Part shown: positions 17,908 to 27,397 of the stretch, piece after piece | How positions within the stretch are numbered: the stretch's first letter is position 1 | Layout of the letters: each line of letters opens with the position of its first letter | DNA from: an uncultured cyanobacterium | Lineage (GTDB): Bacteria > Cyanobacteriota > Cyanobacteriia > Cyanobacteriales > CAWUOF01 | Length of the DNA: 64,000 bases | Assembly: GCA_963744145.1 (NCBI GenBank) | Contig: CAVUSO010000001.1 | Coordinates: 5,440,001-5,504,000 of the forward strand | Reading direction: 5' to 3' | Translations under genes and position numbers: made by a program | Notes under the pieces: generated by a model | What the model saw: the letters and a program-made list of their open reading frames with translations, nothing else | What the model was told of the DNA's origin: nothing | Database searches by the model: none

Positions 17908-18531
17908 ATGAATCATTCCCATTCTCTTGATCTTGAGGCAATTCGTCTCGGCAAAATTAAAACCCTTACCTATGCTTACTTAGCTGGTGCAGACTTAGCA
18001 GGAGCTAACTTAGCCAATGCTGATTTGTCTCAAGCTAATTTAATGGGAGCTAATCTTAGTGGTGCTGATCTACATAGAGCTATTCTCAGAGCTAATCTCC
18101 GCGGAGCTGACCTCACTGGTGCTGATCTGACCGGGGCTGATTGTCGCAATGCTGACTTACGTGGTGCTATTCTCCTTGATGCTCAAGTATTTGGTGCTAG
18201 TTTTGCTGGAGCATTTTTGGCTGGTGCTACCTGTGGAAGTTTAGATCTAAGTGCTGCTGATTTGCGTGGTGCTGATTTACGGGGCGCAAATCTGGCTCGG
18301 GCGATTTTGCAACAGGTAGATTTAAGTTATGCTAATCTGGCTGGTGCGGATCTATCTCAGTCAGATTTGGAAGAAGCTAATTTGAGTGGGGCTTTGTTAC
18401 GGGGCACTAATCTGACCGATGCTAATTTACTTTGTGTCTTAGTTGAGCAAACTCAATGGTCAGGAGCTTTACTTCAAGGTGCTTGTATTGAAGGAACTCC
18501 GATCGCAGCTCTGATTATTGATCCCCATTAA
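17908..18531 (+). CDS. Pentapeptide repeat protein
   Basis: Continuous A(D/N)LxG repeats. Confidence 0.95.
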   Translation: MNHSHSLDLEAIRLGKIKTLTYAYLAGADLAGANLANADLSQANLMGANLSGADLHRAILRANLRGADLTGADLTGADCRNADLRGAILLDAQVFGASFAGAFLAGATCGSLDLSAADLRGADLRGANLARAILQQVDLSYANLAGADLSQSDLEEANLSGALLRGTNLTDANLLCVLVEQTQWSGALLQGACIEGTPIAALIIDPH

Positions 18532-18681
18532 TTATCTTCACTACCAGTGTCGCTCCCCACTCAACCAACCGCTATTTTTACCTGAATAATTTTCGGATTG
18601 GGACAATTATGGCAGTTTGATCTACTTATCATGTCCATAAGCACAACAAATCGTAATAATTATTAATACAATGTTATAATG

Positions 18682-18850
18682 GTGATTGTTGACTAGCGCA
18701 AAGTAGTCGATGACGCACCGTTAAGTCTGTTGATGACGATCACGGAGGCTTAAATAAAACCAGCCGCGTCAATCACAGCCCCCATTAGTGTTGTGATCAA
18801 TGTCGCTCAAAAATATTCAGGGCGACAGTCCCCTTCGTTAGGAGGTTTAA
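18682..18850 (+). ncRNA. Candidate structured 5' leader RNA, family not recognised
   Basis: Five manually paired stems between a TGnTATAAT -10 and an AGGAGG RBS. Confidence 0.45.
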
Positions 18851-19612
18851 ATGGTGTCAGCTTGGTTTGGTAGCACTCCGTTTCCGGAACAAAGTGGCGA
18901 TCGGGTTGTCAGTAAAGTAGCCGCAACCGCGATCGCTGCACTGTTTAAGCGCTCTGAAAAGATTGAGACAAATGTCCGAGTTGAACCTGTAGCCAAACTA
19001 TTACAAGGTAGTTTGGATAGTTTCGAGTTTATCGGCAAAGGGATGTTAATGTACAATGGCTTGCGGATTGAAGCGATGGAACTTTATCTGCAAGCAATCT
19101 CAATTGATTTTAGTGCGATTTTTACTGGACAAGTAAAGTTACGGCAGCCAACTCAGGCAACGATGAGAGTATTATTAAGCGAATCAGATTTAACGACTTC
19201 GTTTAATACTCCTTTTGTAGTGGAAAAACTGCAACGATTAGAGTATCAAGGACAGTCCCTGCATTTTCACAATACACAGATGAGTTTAGGGAGTGACAAA
19301 TCCCTCCGCTTGAAGTCTGAAATTACGATTGGTAATGCTTCTGAAACCGTCGAGATTGATATTATGGCTAAATTGCAAGTAGAAGAACGACGGAAAATTC
19401 AATTTGTAGAGGTTGAATATCACGGTACAGAACAAGCGTTAGCTTTAGGTAAGGCTTTAATTGATCATGTGAATGAACTCCTCGATTTAGATAAATTTGC
19501 CCTGGAAAATGCTCAGTTACGGATAGATCGACTCAGAATTCAAGATGGTGCGCTAGTTTTTTATGGTTCTGCCCAAATTAATCAGTTTCCGACTAAAAAG
19601 GCTGTGGCATGA
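18851..19612 (+). CDS. DUF2993 / LmeA-like lipid-binding protein
   Basis: EPVAKLLQGSLDS...LRQPTQATMRVLLSESDLTTSFN pattern; strong RBS. Confidence 0.75.
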   Translation: MVSAWFGSTPFPEQSGDRVVSKVAATAIAALFKRSEKIETNVRVEPVAKLLQGSLDSFEFIGKGMLMYNGLRIEAMELYLQAISIDFSAIFTGQVKLRQPTQATMRVLLSESDLTTSFNTPFVVEKLQRLEYQGQSLHFHNTQMSLGSDKSLRLKSEITIGNASETVEIDIMAKLQVEERRKIQFVEVEYHGTEQALALGKALIDHVNELLDLDKFALENAQLRIDRLRIQDGALVFYGSAQINQFPTKKAVA

Positions 19613-19740
19613 TTAATCGATGATAATATTTGAGCATTAATGTTGATACTCATGGGAGAGTTGGCTGTAAATCCAAGGGTTTTTCAGAAAGCACAAGCGA
19701 TCGGATAGGGGCGTATGGCCATACGCCCCTATGGCCAGAG

Positions 19741-19950
19741 GAAATTGATGAGAAAAGAAATGAAGTTCAAAAATTTTTGCATTATTTAGAAACTCATAGA
19801 AACCGAATAATTAACTACCAATACGATCAAGAAGAAAGCCCTAAGTTCTATTGTTTCAGGAGCAGTTGAATCAGTAATTAAACAAATTGGGATACGAGTT
19901 CAACTATCAGGAGCGTAGTGGAATATTGAGAATGTTCCTGGTATCCTTGG
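19741..19950 (+). pseudogene. ISKra4-family transposase C-terminal remnant
   Basis: FLHYLETHRNRIINYQY, then after a frameshift SGAVESVIKQIGIRVQLSGA*WNIENVP. Confidence 0.75.
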
Positions 19951-20004
19951 CCATGGAGAGGAACAGACTGTCTTCCATTATTGAACAGGATTTTGAGTAA
20001 TTAA

Positions 20005-21363
20005 ATGAATCTAACCTTGAGAAACCGATATAACTTTATCCCTAACTTTTATCGATTGGTTGTGATCAACATTCTTTCCTCTATTGTCGTCCCCTTAGCG
20101 GGTTTAATGAGTACGGCTTTCTTGGGACATTTGCCAGAAATTGATCATTTAGCGGGGGTTGCCTTAGCCGCAGTGCTATTTAACTACATTTACTTCAGTT
20201 TTGGCGTTTTACGCATAGGAACGATTGGGATCACTGCCCAAGCGGTTGGTAGTGATGACCGAGAAACAATGCTGTTGATCGGATTGCGTAATAGCTTAAT
20301 TGCTTTTGGATTGGCTGTATTAATTCTAATATTGCAGGAGCCGATCCGAGAACTTTGGTTTGCCTTAGCTAATGCCACTCTCTTAGTCAAAGCTTCAGGA
20401 ATTACCTATTTTAATAGTCGAATTTGGGGGGCACCTGCTGTTTTAGTCAATTATGTTCTGATGGGTTGGTTTCTAGGTCAGAAGATGAGCGGTAAGGTGT
20501 TGCTGATGAGCGTAGTAGGTAATGGGGCTAATATGGTACTGAACTATCTTTTCATTATTCGCTGGGACTTGGCTAGCACAGGGGCGGGTATTTCTCAAGG
20601 GGTGAGTCAGTATTTAATGTTATTGGTGGGGCTAATATGGATCAGCCGGGAGGTTTCCTTACAAGAGATAGGGGCAGTTTTGCCCAAGTTTTGGGAATGG
20701 TCGGCTTTTCGGGATACATTAACCCTTAACGGTAATATTTTCCTCAAAACTTTCGTGCATATGTCCATGTTTGCGGTCTTAATCAATTTAAGTACCCTGA
20801 TGGGAACAGAAACCCTAGCGGTCAATTCTTTACTGATCGAGGTGATGGAACTAATTATCTTCTTTTTAGAGGGAATATCATTAGCTACCCAAACCCTGAC
20901 GGGCAATTTTCGCGGTCAAAACGCCACTGAGCAAGTTATACCTTTATTGCAGGTAGCTATAGCCAGTACCCTTGGGTTAGGACTCACAATTTCAGGGATT
21001 TTTGCTCTGTTTCCGCAAACTTTGTTTGGACTATTTACCAATCACGGGGACATCATACAGCAAACGGGAATCTATGTTCCTTGGTTACTGTTGATTCTGG
21101 GATTTGTGGCTATTACGATGATTCTTGATGGCTACTTTGCGGCGTTAGCCAGGGGAGAAGTCCTCCGTAATACTTCTTTAATCGCCGTTTTGTTAGGATT
21201 TGTGCCTCTAGCTTTTTGGGCGTCGTCTTCTCACAGTAATCATATCCTCTGGTTGGCATTATCAACATTTTATCTGATCAAAATGATCGCGATCGCTATT
21301 GAAATGTTATGGACATTGACTCAGGAAAAGCAAAAGATTCAAACACCAATTGAGGTCATTTAA
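20005..21363 (+). CDS. MATE efflux transporter (DinF-like; resembles the cyanobacterial group that includes GntT)
   Basis: VPLAGLMSTAFLGHL; GTIGITAQAVG; RIWGAPA; about 12 TM segments. Confidence 0.88.
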   Translation: MNLTLRNRYNFIPNFYRLVVINILSSIVVPLAGLMSTAFLGHLPEIDHLAGVALAAVLFNYIYFSFGVLRIGTIGITAQAVGSDDRETMLLIGLRNSLIAFGLAVLILILQEPIRELWFALANATLLVKASGITYFNSRIWGAPAVLVNYVLMGWFLGQKMSGKVLLMSVVGNGANMVLNYLFIIRWDLASTGAGISQGVSQYLMLLVGLIWISREVSLQEIGAVLPKFWEWSAFRDTLTLNGNIFLKTFVHMSMFAVLINLSTLMGTETLAVNSLLIEVMELIIFFLEGISLATQTLTGNFRGQNATEQVIPLLQVAIASTLGLGLTISGIFALFPQTLFGLFTNHGDIIQQTGIYVPWLLLILGFVAITMILDGYFAALARGEVLRNTSLIAVLLGFVPLAFWASSSHSNHILWLALSTFYLIKMIAIAIEMLWTLTQEKQKIQTPIEVI

Positions 21364-21522
21364 TTTATTGCCAAAAAGGCTATTTTGAGTGAAGTTGAAT
21401 ATTAATAGTATAAAGATAATAACGTAATAATGCCAATTGTTTGGCTGAAAAATCCGGCGTTGCTGAATTAGGGGATGATAGGATAGAATGTGAATAATAA
21501 AAAAAAGAACGCTTATCAACAC

Positions 21523-21646
21523 TAGACCTCTTGCAAAAATAAATAGGACAGGCAAGATGCCTGTCCCACAAAAGTGATTTTTTCTGGTGGGACAGGCATC
21601 TTGCCTGTCAATAAATAGATCAATAAGGACTTTTGCAAGAGGTCTA
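21523..21646. mobile_element. MITE with 16-bp terminal inverted repeats
   Basis: TAGACCTCTTGCAAAA ... TTTTGCAAGAGGTCTA enclosing two GACAGGCAAGATGCCTGTC palindromes. Confidence 0.85.
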
Positions 21647-21956
21647 ATGTATTTACTAGACCAGTTGGGTCTGTGTTGCTAGAGTTCAGTTCATCCAAAA
21701 AATCAGAGAACTTGGACTTCACAAACTGGGTTTTGTCTAATTCACGATTGCCATAGACCAAGGTGACCGATCGCTCACCACCTAGATCGGATAAATACTT
21801 GAAAGTCCAGCGGTCCAGTGCTGTCCACTGGTTTGCTACACCACGTAGCACAAGTGGTAATGTATCACCTATAACATCAGGACGAAAAACCTGAAGCTCC
21901 GCAACCCTAAGCATTACCTCTGTATCTATACCTAAAATATGGTCAAAACGTTGCAT
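21647..21956 (-). pseudogene. Truncated JmjC/cupin-8 oxygenase (N-terminal part only)
   Basis: PLVLRGVANQWTALDRWTFKYL...KFSDFLDEL resembles the cupin-8 N-terminus; no HxD...H core before the frame runs into the MITE. Confidence 0.65.
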
Positions 21957-22078
21957 AAACCCTACTTTCTAGCCCCAGCAAAGACAACAGCCTTTTCCAG
22001 AGCAGATGGTCTCTTGACTAACCCTATGCTATCTTATAAAATCCGAGCGATAAAATTTTCACTGTATCAGTACAAATT

Positions 22079-22729
22079 ATGATTTTGCAGCAATTATCCT
22101 TAAATTTTCTATTTGTATTCCTTAACGGGTTTACCATATGTGCTGGACTAATTGTTGCTATTGGTGCTCAAAATGCTTACGTTTTGCGTCAAGGTCTCAA
22201 GCGCGAACATGTTTTCGTGACGGCAAGCATCTGCTTCCTATGTGACGTGATTCTAATTACCATTGGTACTATCGGGTTCGGTACGGTAACCTCGAAGATT
22301 CCAGAACTAAGTGAGATAGCTGTATGGGCTGGCGTGATATTTCTTTCATTTTATGACGTCTATCTTTCATTTAAATCCGCTTTTGCCCCAGCAGCTATAG
22401 ATATAAATGAAGTGGATATTCAATCAACAAGTCTTTGGAGTAATGTTCTGACGGCGCTGGCACTTAGCCTCCTAAACCCACACGTTTACCTTGATACTGT
22501 GGTAATATTTGGTGGTTTGGTAGCTCAATACACCCTGAGTGAACGATTTTTTTTCGCACTTGGTGCAAGTCTTGCTTCCCTGATCTGGTTTTTCGGACTT
22601 GCATATGGCGCTGCTTGGCTAACGCCATTTTTCCAACGTCCATCTGCATGGCGAATTCTTGACATTATTATTGGCTGCATTATGTGGTTTATAGCTGCAT
22701 TACTAATTTTTCCTAGCATTGCACAGTAA
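22079..22729 (+). CDS. LysE/ArgO-family amino-acid exporter
   Basis: LIVAIGAQNAYVLRQGL; LLNPHVYLDT; WRILDIIIG. Confidence 0.92.
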   Translation: MILQQLSLNFLFVFLNGFTICAGLIVAIGAQNAYVLRQGLKREHVFVTASICFLCDVILITIGTIGFGTVTSKIPELSEIAVWAGVIFLSFYDVYLSFKSAFAPAAIDINEVDIQSTSLWSNVLTALALSLLNPHVYLDTVVIFGGLVAQYTLSERFFFALGASLASLIWFFGLAYGAAWLTPFFQRPSAWRILDIIIGCIMWFIAALLIFPSIAQ

Positions 22730-22845
22730 AAGTATGAATTAGTCAAATAGTAGGTAGAGTCTGATATTTCAAGTAGTAAACAACCAGCCGGACAGATCAG
22801 GTCAGCATTTCGAGAGATTTAGAATCGCAAAATTTTATGTTAGAG

Positions 22846-23225
22846 TTATTCTCCACTTCTTGTCAAAGATATTATCAATAATTTCCTCGTTTTCTGAGCA
22901 AAATCGCTGAGATAATGAAGCACTTCATTAGGGGGGAAATAAATTTTCTTCCTTGACTTTTTGATGTCTATATTCACTAATTTTTCATCAAAAAAATACC
23001 TTGATTGACTTTTTTTACTTGCTCTTTCAGATTTTTTTAATAATTCTCCTTTTGATCTTTGTATTCCTGTGTGTTACATAATGAAGGATCAATCCGACCA
23101 GCTAGCAATGCCAAAAGCAACTTTTGATAAGGCAATATCTGTCACTTTAATCAGCATAAATACTTATGATTTCTAGGATGATTTCCGACCAATTAGTGCT
23201 GTGGTGAGTGCAAAGTTTCGGTCAT
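22846..23225 (-). pseudogene. Degenerate ORF remnant, identity unknown
   Basis: Protein-like stretches (QILPYQKLLLALLAGRIDPSLC; DEKISEYRHQKVKEENLFPPNEVLHYL) broken by stops and frameshifts. Confidence 0.3.
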
Positions 23226-23717
23226 TCATGAGTATAAATGCTCAGATTTATATGTTACAAAGTATATTACAAATTGACGTGCGGAATGTGGGTTTGAAAT
23301 ATTCGCTAGGCTTCATGGTTAAAGAAGTAGAGGCGATCGCGCCTAGCTTAACATGAATGCGATCGGAATAACAGAGAACTGATGTAAATATTTATTTAAG
23401 AATCGTTAAAAAATGGGGACACCTCAATCAAGGAGTAGGCAATTCAATAAATAAAAATACCCCTTGTTTTTTGTAATATAATTTCCCAAAAGAACTCCCA
23501 TTCTTACTCTCCAAAACTATCACATTATGGTTCTCTTCAATCGGATATATAAAAGATACTAATAGATAGTCTTTTTTAATAGTCTTTTCTTTTGAGAAAA
23601 ATTCAAACCCAACTTATGATCCAATTTGGTGTATATTGGGAAAAGCTTTTTGTTAGACAGACAAAGCAGGGTGGATTTGCAAAGAAATGTAAAGCAATTT
23701 TAGGGAAAGCAAAAATC

Positions 23718-24704
23718 ATGCACAATCAAGAGCAGGTTAATGAACAAAATTTCCGTCCAATTTATACTGGTAAGCGGAAGTTTCTAGGATTAAAAGATTT
23801 AGTCATTTCTTTCTATGCCAGAAAGTGCCCATTTCAATGCTCTTTTTGTATTTTACCGATGAAATCTCATGACGGATTAGTATCCAATGATAGTCTGAAA
23901 AAGCAAATTGATTTAGTGTGGGCAGAATATGAAAAAGAATTAACCAGTTTTCAGCAACTTTCAGTAGGAGTAGAAGGCTCTATTCTAGATCAGGAAAGGT
24001 TTCCCAAGGAAGTCATGAACTATTTACTAGAGCAAAGTAAGGCACTTTCTTCTTTAAAAGTTTTATCCTTAGAAACCCGTCCCGAATATATTTTTCCAGC
24101 AACTCTTGAAAATATTTTGAATTTAACCCAGGCAGAGATTGTCGATTTAACTATTGGTTTTGAAACTCAAGAGGATTATTTAAGAGAAGTTATTTTAACC
24201 AAAAGTATTAACCGGAAAATTTTTGAAAAAAAGATCAAAATTCTCGGTGAAATGGGAGTAAGAATGACCAGCTATGTCCTGTTGAAACCCGGCCCTACCA
24301 TGACCGAAGAAGAAGGAATTCAAGAGGCGATCGCCACCATCGAATATTTAGCAGAAATCTGTCAAAAATTTGGAACGGATTTAGTCATTTATCTCAACCC
24401 AGTTTATGTGGCCGAAGGTTCACCTTTAGCCCAAGCCTTTGCCTTTTCTAATTACATACCCGTCCGAATCCAAAGCGTCCTTGAGGTGATTTTAGCTACC
24501 CGATATTTAGAAGTACCTATTTATACCGGACTTTGGTCTGAAAACAACACCAATCGCTATGGGGATTACACCATTCATTCAGATTACGAACCCGCTATTC
24601 GTAATGCTATTAAAAAATTCAATCAAACTCAAGACATTTCTTGGCTTAATCCCTTTACCTCCAGCAAATGGGCAGGTAAGAAATACCAATTACAATTAAC
24701 TTAA
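23718..24704 (+). CDS. Radical SAM protein, RaSEA/TIGR01210-like (start probably ATG 23718)
   Basis: CPFQCSFC; LETRPEY; IGFET; YVLLKPGPTMTEEEGIQEAI; LNPVYVAEGSPL. Confidence 0.75.
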   Translation: MHNQEQVNEQNFRPIYTGKRKFLGLKDLVISFYARKCPFQCSFCILPMKSHDGLVSNDSLKKQIDLVWAEYEKELTSFQQLSVGVEGSILDQERFPKEVMNYLLEQSKALSSLKVLSLETRPEYIFPATLENILNLTQAEIVDLTIGFETQEDYLREVILTKSINRKIFEKKIKILGEMGVRMTSYVLLKPGPTMTEEEGIQEAIATIEYLAEICQKFGTDLVIYLNPVYVAEGSPLAQAFAFSNYIPVRIQSVLEVILATRYLEVPIYTGLWSENNTNRYGDYTIHSDYEPAIRNAIKKFNQTQDISWLNPFTSSKWAGKKYQLQLT

Positions 24705-24730
24705 GGCTGACAGAATTTAGGCAAGCAAAG

Positions 24731-25471
24731 GTGTTAGATAATTTTGATTGGGTTAAGATTCCATCCGGAGTGTTTTGGATGGGAACCGACTTAAAAATCG
24801 ACCAAGTAGCGGCTAATTTTGATTGGGCGAAGCAAGTGGAGCAACCCCAACACCAAATCTTTTTACCCACCTATAAGATTAGCCGTTATCCAGTCACTAA
24901 CGCACAATGGGGGCAATTTTTAGCTCACACTGATTATAATTGGGCAGATCAGGATAAACTCTGGAAAGATGGCCTACCCAAAGGACTAGAAAACCATCCC
25001 ATTGTCTGGGTAACATGGTATGATGCCCTGGCTTTTTGCCAATGGACAGGTGTTCGTTTACCGACGGAAGCTGAATGGGAAAAAGCCGCCCGTGGAACCG
25101 ATAAACGCCTTTATCCTTGGGGTAATGATCAACCCACTGCCCAATTAGCTAATTATGACAATCAGGTAGGTCAAACCACCCCCGTCGATGCCTATCCCCA
25201 AGGAACCAGTTATTATGGAGTATGGGATATGGCAGGTAATACTTGGGAATGGACGAGTACAATTTGGGGAACCGATGCCCATAATCCTGAATTTAGCTAT
25301 CCTTATCAAAGTGAGGATGGGCGAGAAACCCTAGATCAACCCGATATTTTGCGAGTTGTGAGAAGCGGTGGTTGGAAATACAGCCCTAATTTAATTCGTA
25401 GTGCTTACCGTGATTGGAATAAGCCTCATCTGAGAGGAAGCGGACTGAGTTTTCGTGTTGTTGCATTCTAA
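24731..25471 (+). CDS. Stand-alone FGE-sulfatase (SUMF1/EgtB/PvdO-type) domain protein
   Basis: IPSGVFWMG; YPVTNAQW; RLPTEAEWEKAARG; DMAGNTWEW; FRVV. Confidence 0.9.
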   Translation: MLDNFDWVKIPSGVFWMGTDLKIDQVAANFDWAKQVEQPQHQIFLPTYKISRYPVTNAQWGQFLAHTDYNWADQDKLWKDGLPKGLENHPIVWVTWYDALAFCQWTGVRLPTEAEWEKAARGTDKRLYPWGNDQPTAQLANYDNQVGQTTPVDAYPQGTSYYGVWDMAGNTWEWTSTIWGTDAHNPEFSYPYQSEDGRETLDQPDILRVVRSGGWKYSPNLIRSAYRDWNKPHLRGSGLSFRVVAF

Positions 25472-25480
25472 ACAAAGCCT

Positions 25481-26053
25481 ATGAGTACCACAGTCACCTT
25501 AGAGTTACCTGATCCAATTACCGATGATTATCTACAAACCCACGCTAACATAGATAACCTTAAAGATCAGTATGACAAAGCTTATCAATATATGCGCCGC
25601 TCAGTAAAACCAGGAGGTTTTTTAGTCCATGAGAAATTGGTGCTAAAACTTTATTATATGTTGAGAGAAACCGAGCCTTTACCCCAAAATCTGCAAGATA
25701 ATTTGCAGACTATTCTCCTCAATGAAATTAATCAAGGGCGTGTAGATCCAAAACAAGGGGTAGGTTTTGCTATTTTGTCCCAAGGATTTTTAAGTATTAA
25801 TATTTGGGGACGGGGTAACGTCTTATTCACTCAAACTTATACGATTGAAGATAGTTTTCCGGAATTGTCGCCGCAACCCCTAGAAAAAACTGGGGTAGCT
25901 TGCACATGGGAAATTAAGATCATGAATCATGAATATAGTTTATGGCATCATTATCTTGAAACTGAGATGAACATTGCTAATAAAAAGGCTTATTTGGCAA
26001 GTTTCATTACAGGGGATTTATTTGAGAAAATTGGGGATATACTGTGCAGATAG
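25481..26053 (+). CDS. Hypothetical protein
   Basis: 190-aa ORF 9 bp after the FGE gene; LKLY, GVGFAIL and ACTWE...HE..LW motifs. Confidence 0.75.
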   Translation: MSTTVTLELPDPITDDYLQTHANIDNLKDQYDKAYQYMRRSVKPGGFLVHEKLVLKLYYMLRETEPLPQNLQDNLQTILLNEINQGRVDPKQGVGFAILSQGFLSINIWGRGNVLFTQTYTIEDSFPELSPQPLEKTGVACTWEIKIMNHEYSLWHHYLETEMNIANKKAYLASFITGDLFEKIGDILCR

Positions 26054-26198
26054 ATCGAGTTTTCAGGCTGATTATGTGATAGTAACTCTGCCTTTTTCAC
26101 TCAAGAGCTAATTGATCGCTCAGAAAACTTGCTGAATCAACTTCCTATAATTTCAATCGAGCAAAATGCCGCTAATCAATTTGATCGCCTTTTGATGT

Positions 26199-27317
26199 TT
26201 AATAATCAATCATCCGGAAATCAAATGCTATATGTTGTCCTCCCAGGGAACGGGTCACAATCTCTTCACAAATTTTTAGTCCGTTAGCGCTATTAGTTAA
26301 AATCACAATCCCACTTCTATGTTGTTTCGATCCGAAGGTAATACATTTAAAAATTCCACTATCTCCCCAGTGCCAAAAAAAATCTCCATTTGGGGTATGT
26401 TCTACTCCCCATCCCAGTCCCCATCCCAGATGCTGACTAATTTTAATATTTTCATGCACCATCAGGTTTAAACTTTTTTCTTCTAACTCAAAAGGATCAT
26501 TAGGTCTAGACTCCATCATCGCGATCAAAAATTTGGCAAAGTCGATCACAGTAGTACGCAAACTACCAGCAGAAACTGCTTGACGCGGTCTCGATAAAGG
26601 TTGCGGATTCCCATCCCGATCGTGTCCTTTAGCAGCAGAAAATTCGTAGGCTTTTTGCCAAATATAGCTACTATTTGTCATCCTCAAGGGAGTAAAGACA
26701 TTGTGAGTCATGTAATCATTTAATAGCTGTTGAGTAATCCCCTCTACTACACTCTGTAAATAAATATAGCCTTCACTAGAATAACTAAATTTGCTCCCAG
26801 GAGGAAAATCGATCGATAGAGGATCATCCCCACTCCAGTTCGGAAATCCACAGGTATGACTTAAGATCATCCTGGTGGTAATTAGGTTAATTCTGGGATC
26901 ACTAATATAAGGTTTTTTGGTATATTCTGTTAAAGGTGTATCCAGCTCTAATTTTCCCTGTTCACACATTTTCATTACTGCATAAGCAAAGATTGGTTTG
27001 CTTAAAGAAGCGGCAGAAAATACGGTATGAGTATGAACAGGATCTTTACTATCATTATCCTTCACCCCAAAACCTTGGCTCCAGACAACTTCCGCATTTT
27101 TAATCAAAGCGATCGCGATTCCGGGAATAACCGCTTGTTCCATCATCCCTGGAATGTCTTTTTCTAAAGCTGCGATCGCTGGAGAAATAGCGCCATTATT
27201 TACCTGAGATCGAGCCGATTTTTGACCCAATTCTCCTAAACTCACACCAGCAAAACTGAGAGCTGTAGCACTACCATATTTAATAAATTGTCGCCGAGAA
27301 AACAAATAGTGATTCAT
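26199..27317 (-). CDS. Tat-exported serine hydrolase (class C beta-lactamase fold)
   Basis: SRRQFIK; SxxK in AASLSKP; FSYSS; WHWG. Confidence 0.9.
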   Translation of the reverse strand: MNHYLFSRRQFIKYGSATALSFAGVSLGELGQKSARSQVNNGAISPAIAALEKDIPGMMEQAVIPGIAIALIKNAEVVWSQGFGVKDNDSKDPVHTHTVFSAASLSKPIFAYAVMKMCEQGKLELDTPLTEYTKKPYISDPRINLITTRMILSHTCGFPNWSGDDPLSIDFPPGSKFSYSSEGYIYLQSVVEGITQQLLNDYMTHNVFTPLRMTNSSYIWQKAYEFSAAKGHDRDGNPQPLSRPRQAVSAGSLRTTVIDFAKFLIAMMESRPNDPFELEEKSLNLMVHENIKISQHLGWGLGWGVEHTPNGDFFWHWGDSGIFKCITFGSKQHRSGIVILTNSANGLKICEEIVTRSLGGQHIAFDFRMIDY

Positions 27318-27397
27318 TTTTAGCCCTAATTGCTGCTACTATTTTTTTCAGGTAAACCCAGCCAGATTCAGGAAATTTCTCTTGCCCAAATTTCACC

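Noticed and set aside
19630..19869. 79-aa ORF as a real gene
   Set aside because: Chimera of a REP palindrome and an ISKra4 transposase fragment.
20005..21363. Guanitoxin gene cluster
   Set aside because: Only the MATE resembles that cluster; I see none of the biosynthetic enzymes nearby.
23290..24704. RiPP cluster around the radical SAM gene
   Set aside because: No SPASM/twitch Cys motif or RRE, and no credible precursor ORF upstream.
24731..25471. FGE/C-type-lectin fold as a diversity-generating retroelement target
   Set aside because: No template-repeat copy of its 3' end and no reverse transcriptase in the window; it sits in an enzyme-like operon. A remote DGR cannot be excluded.
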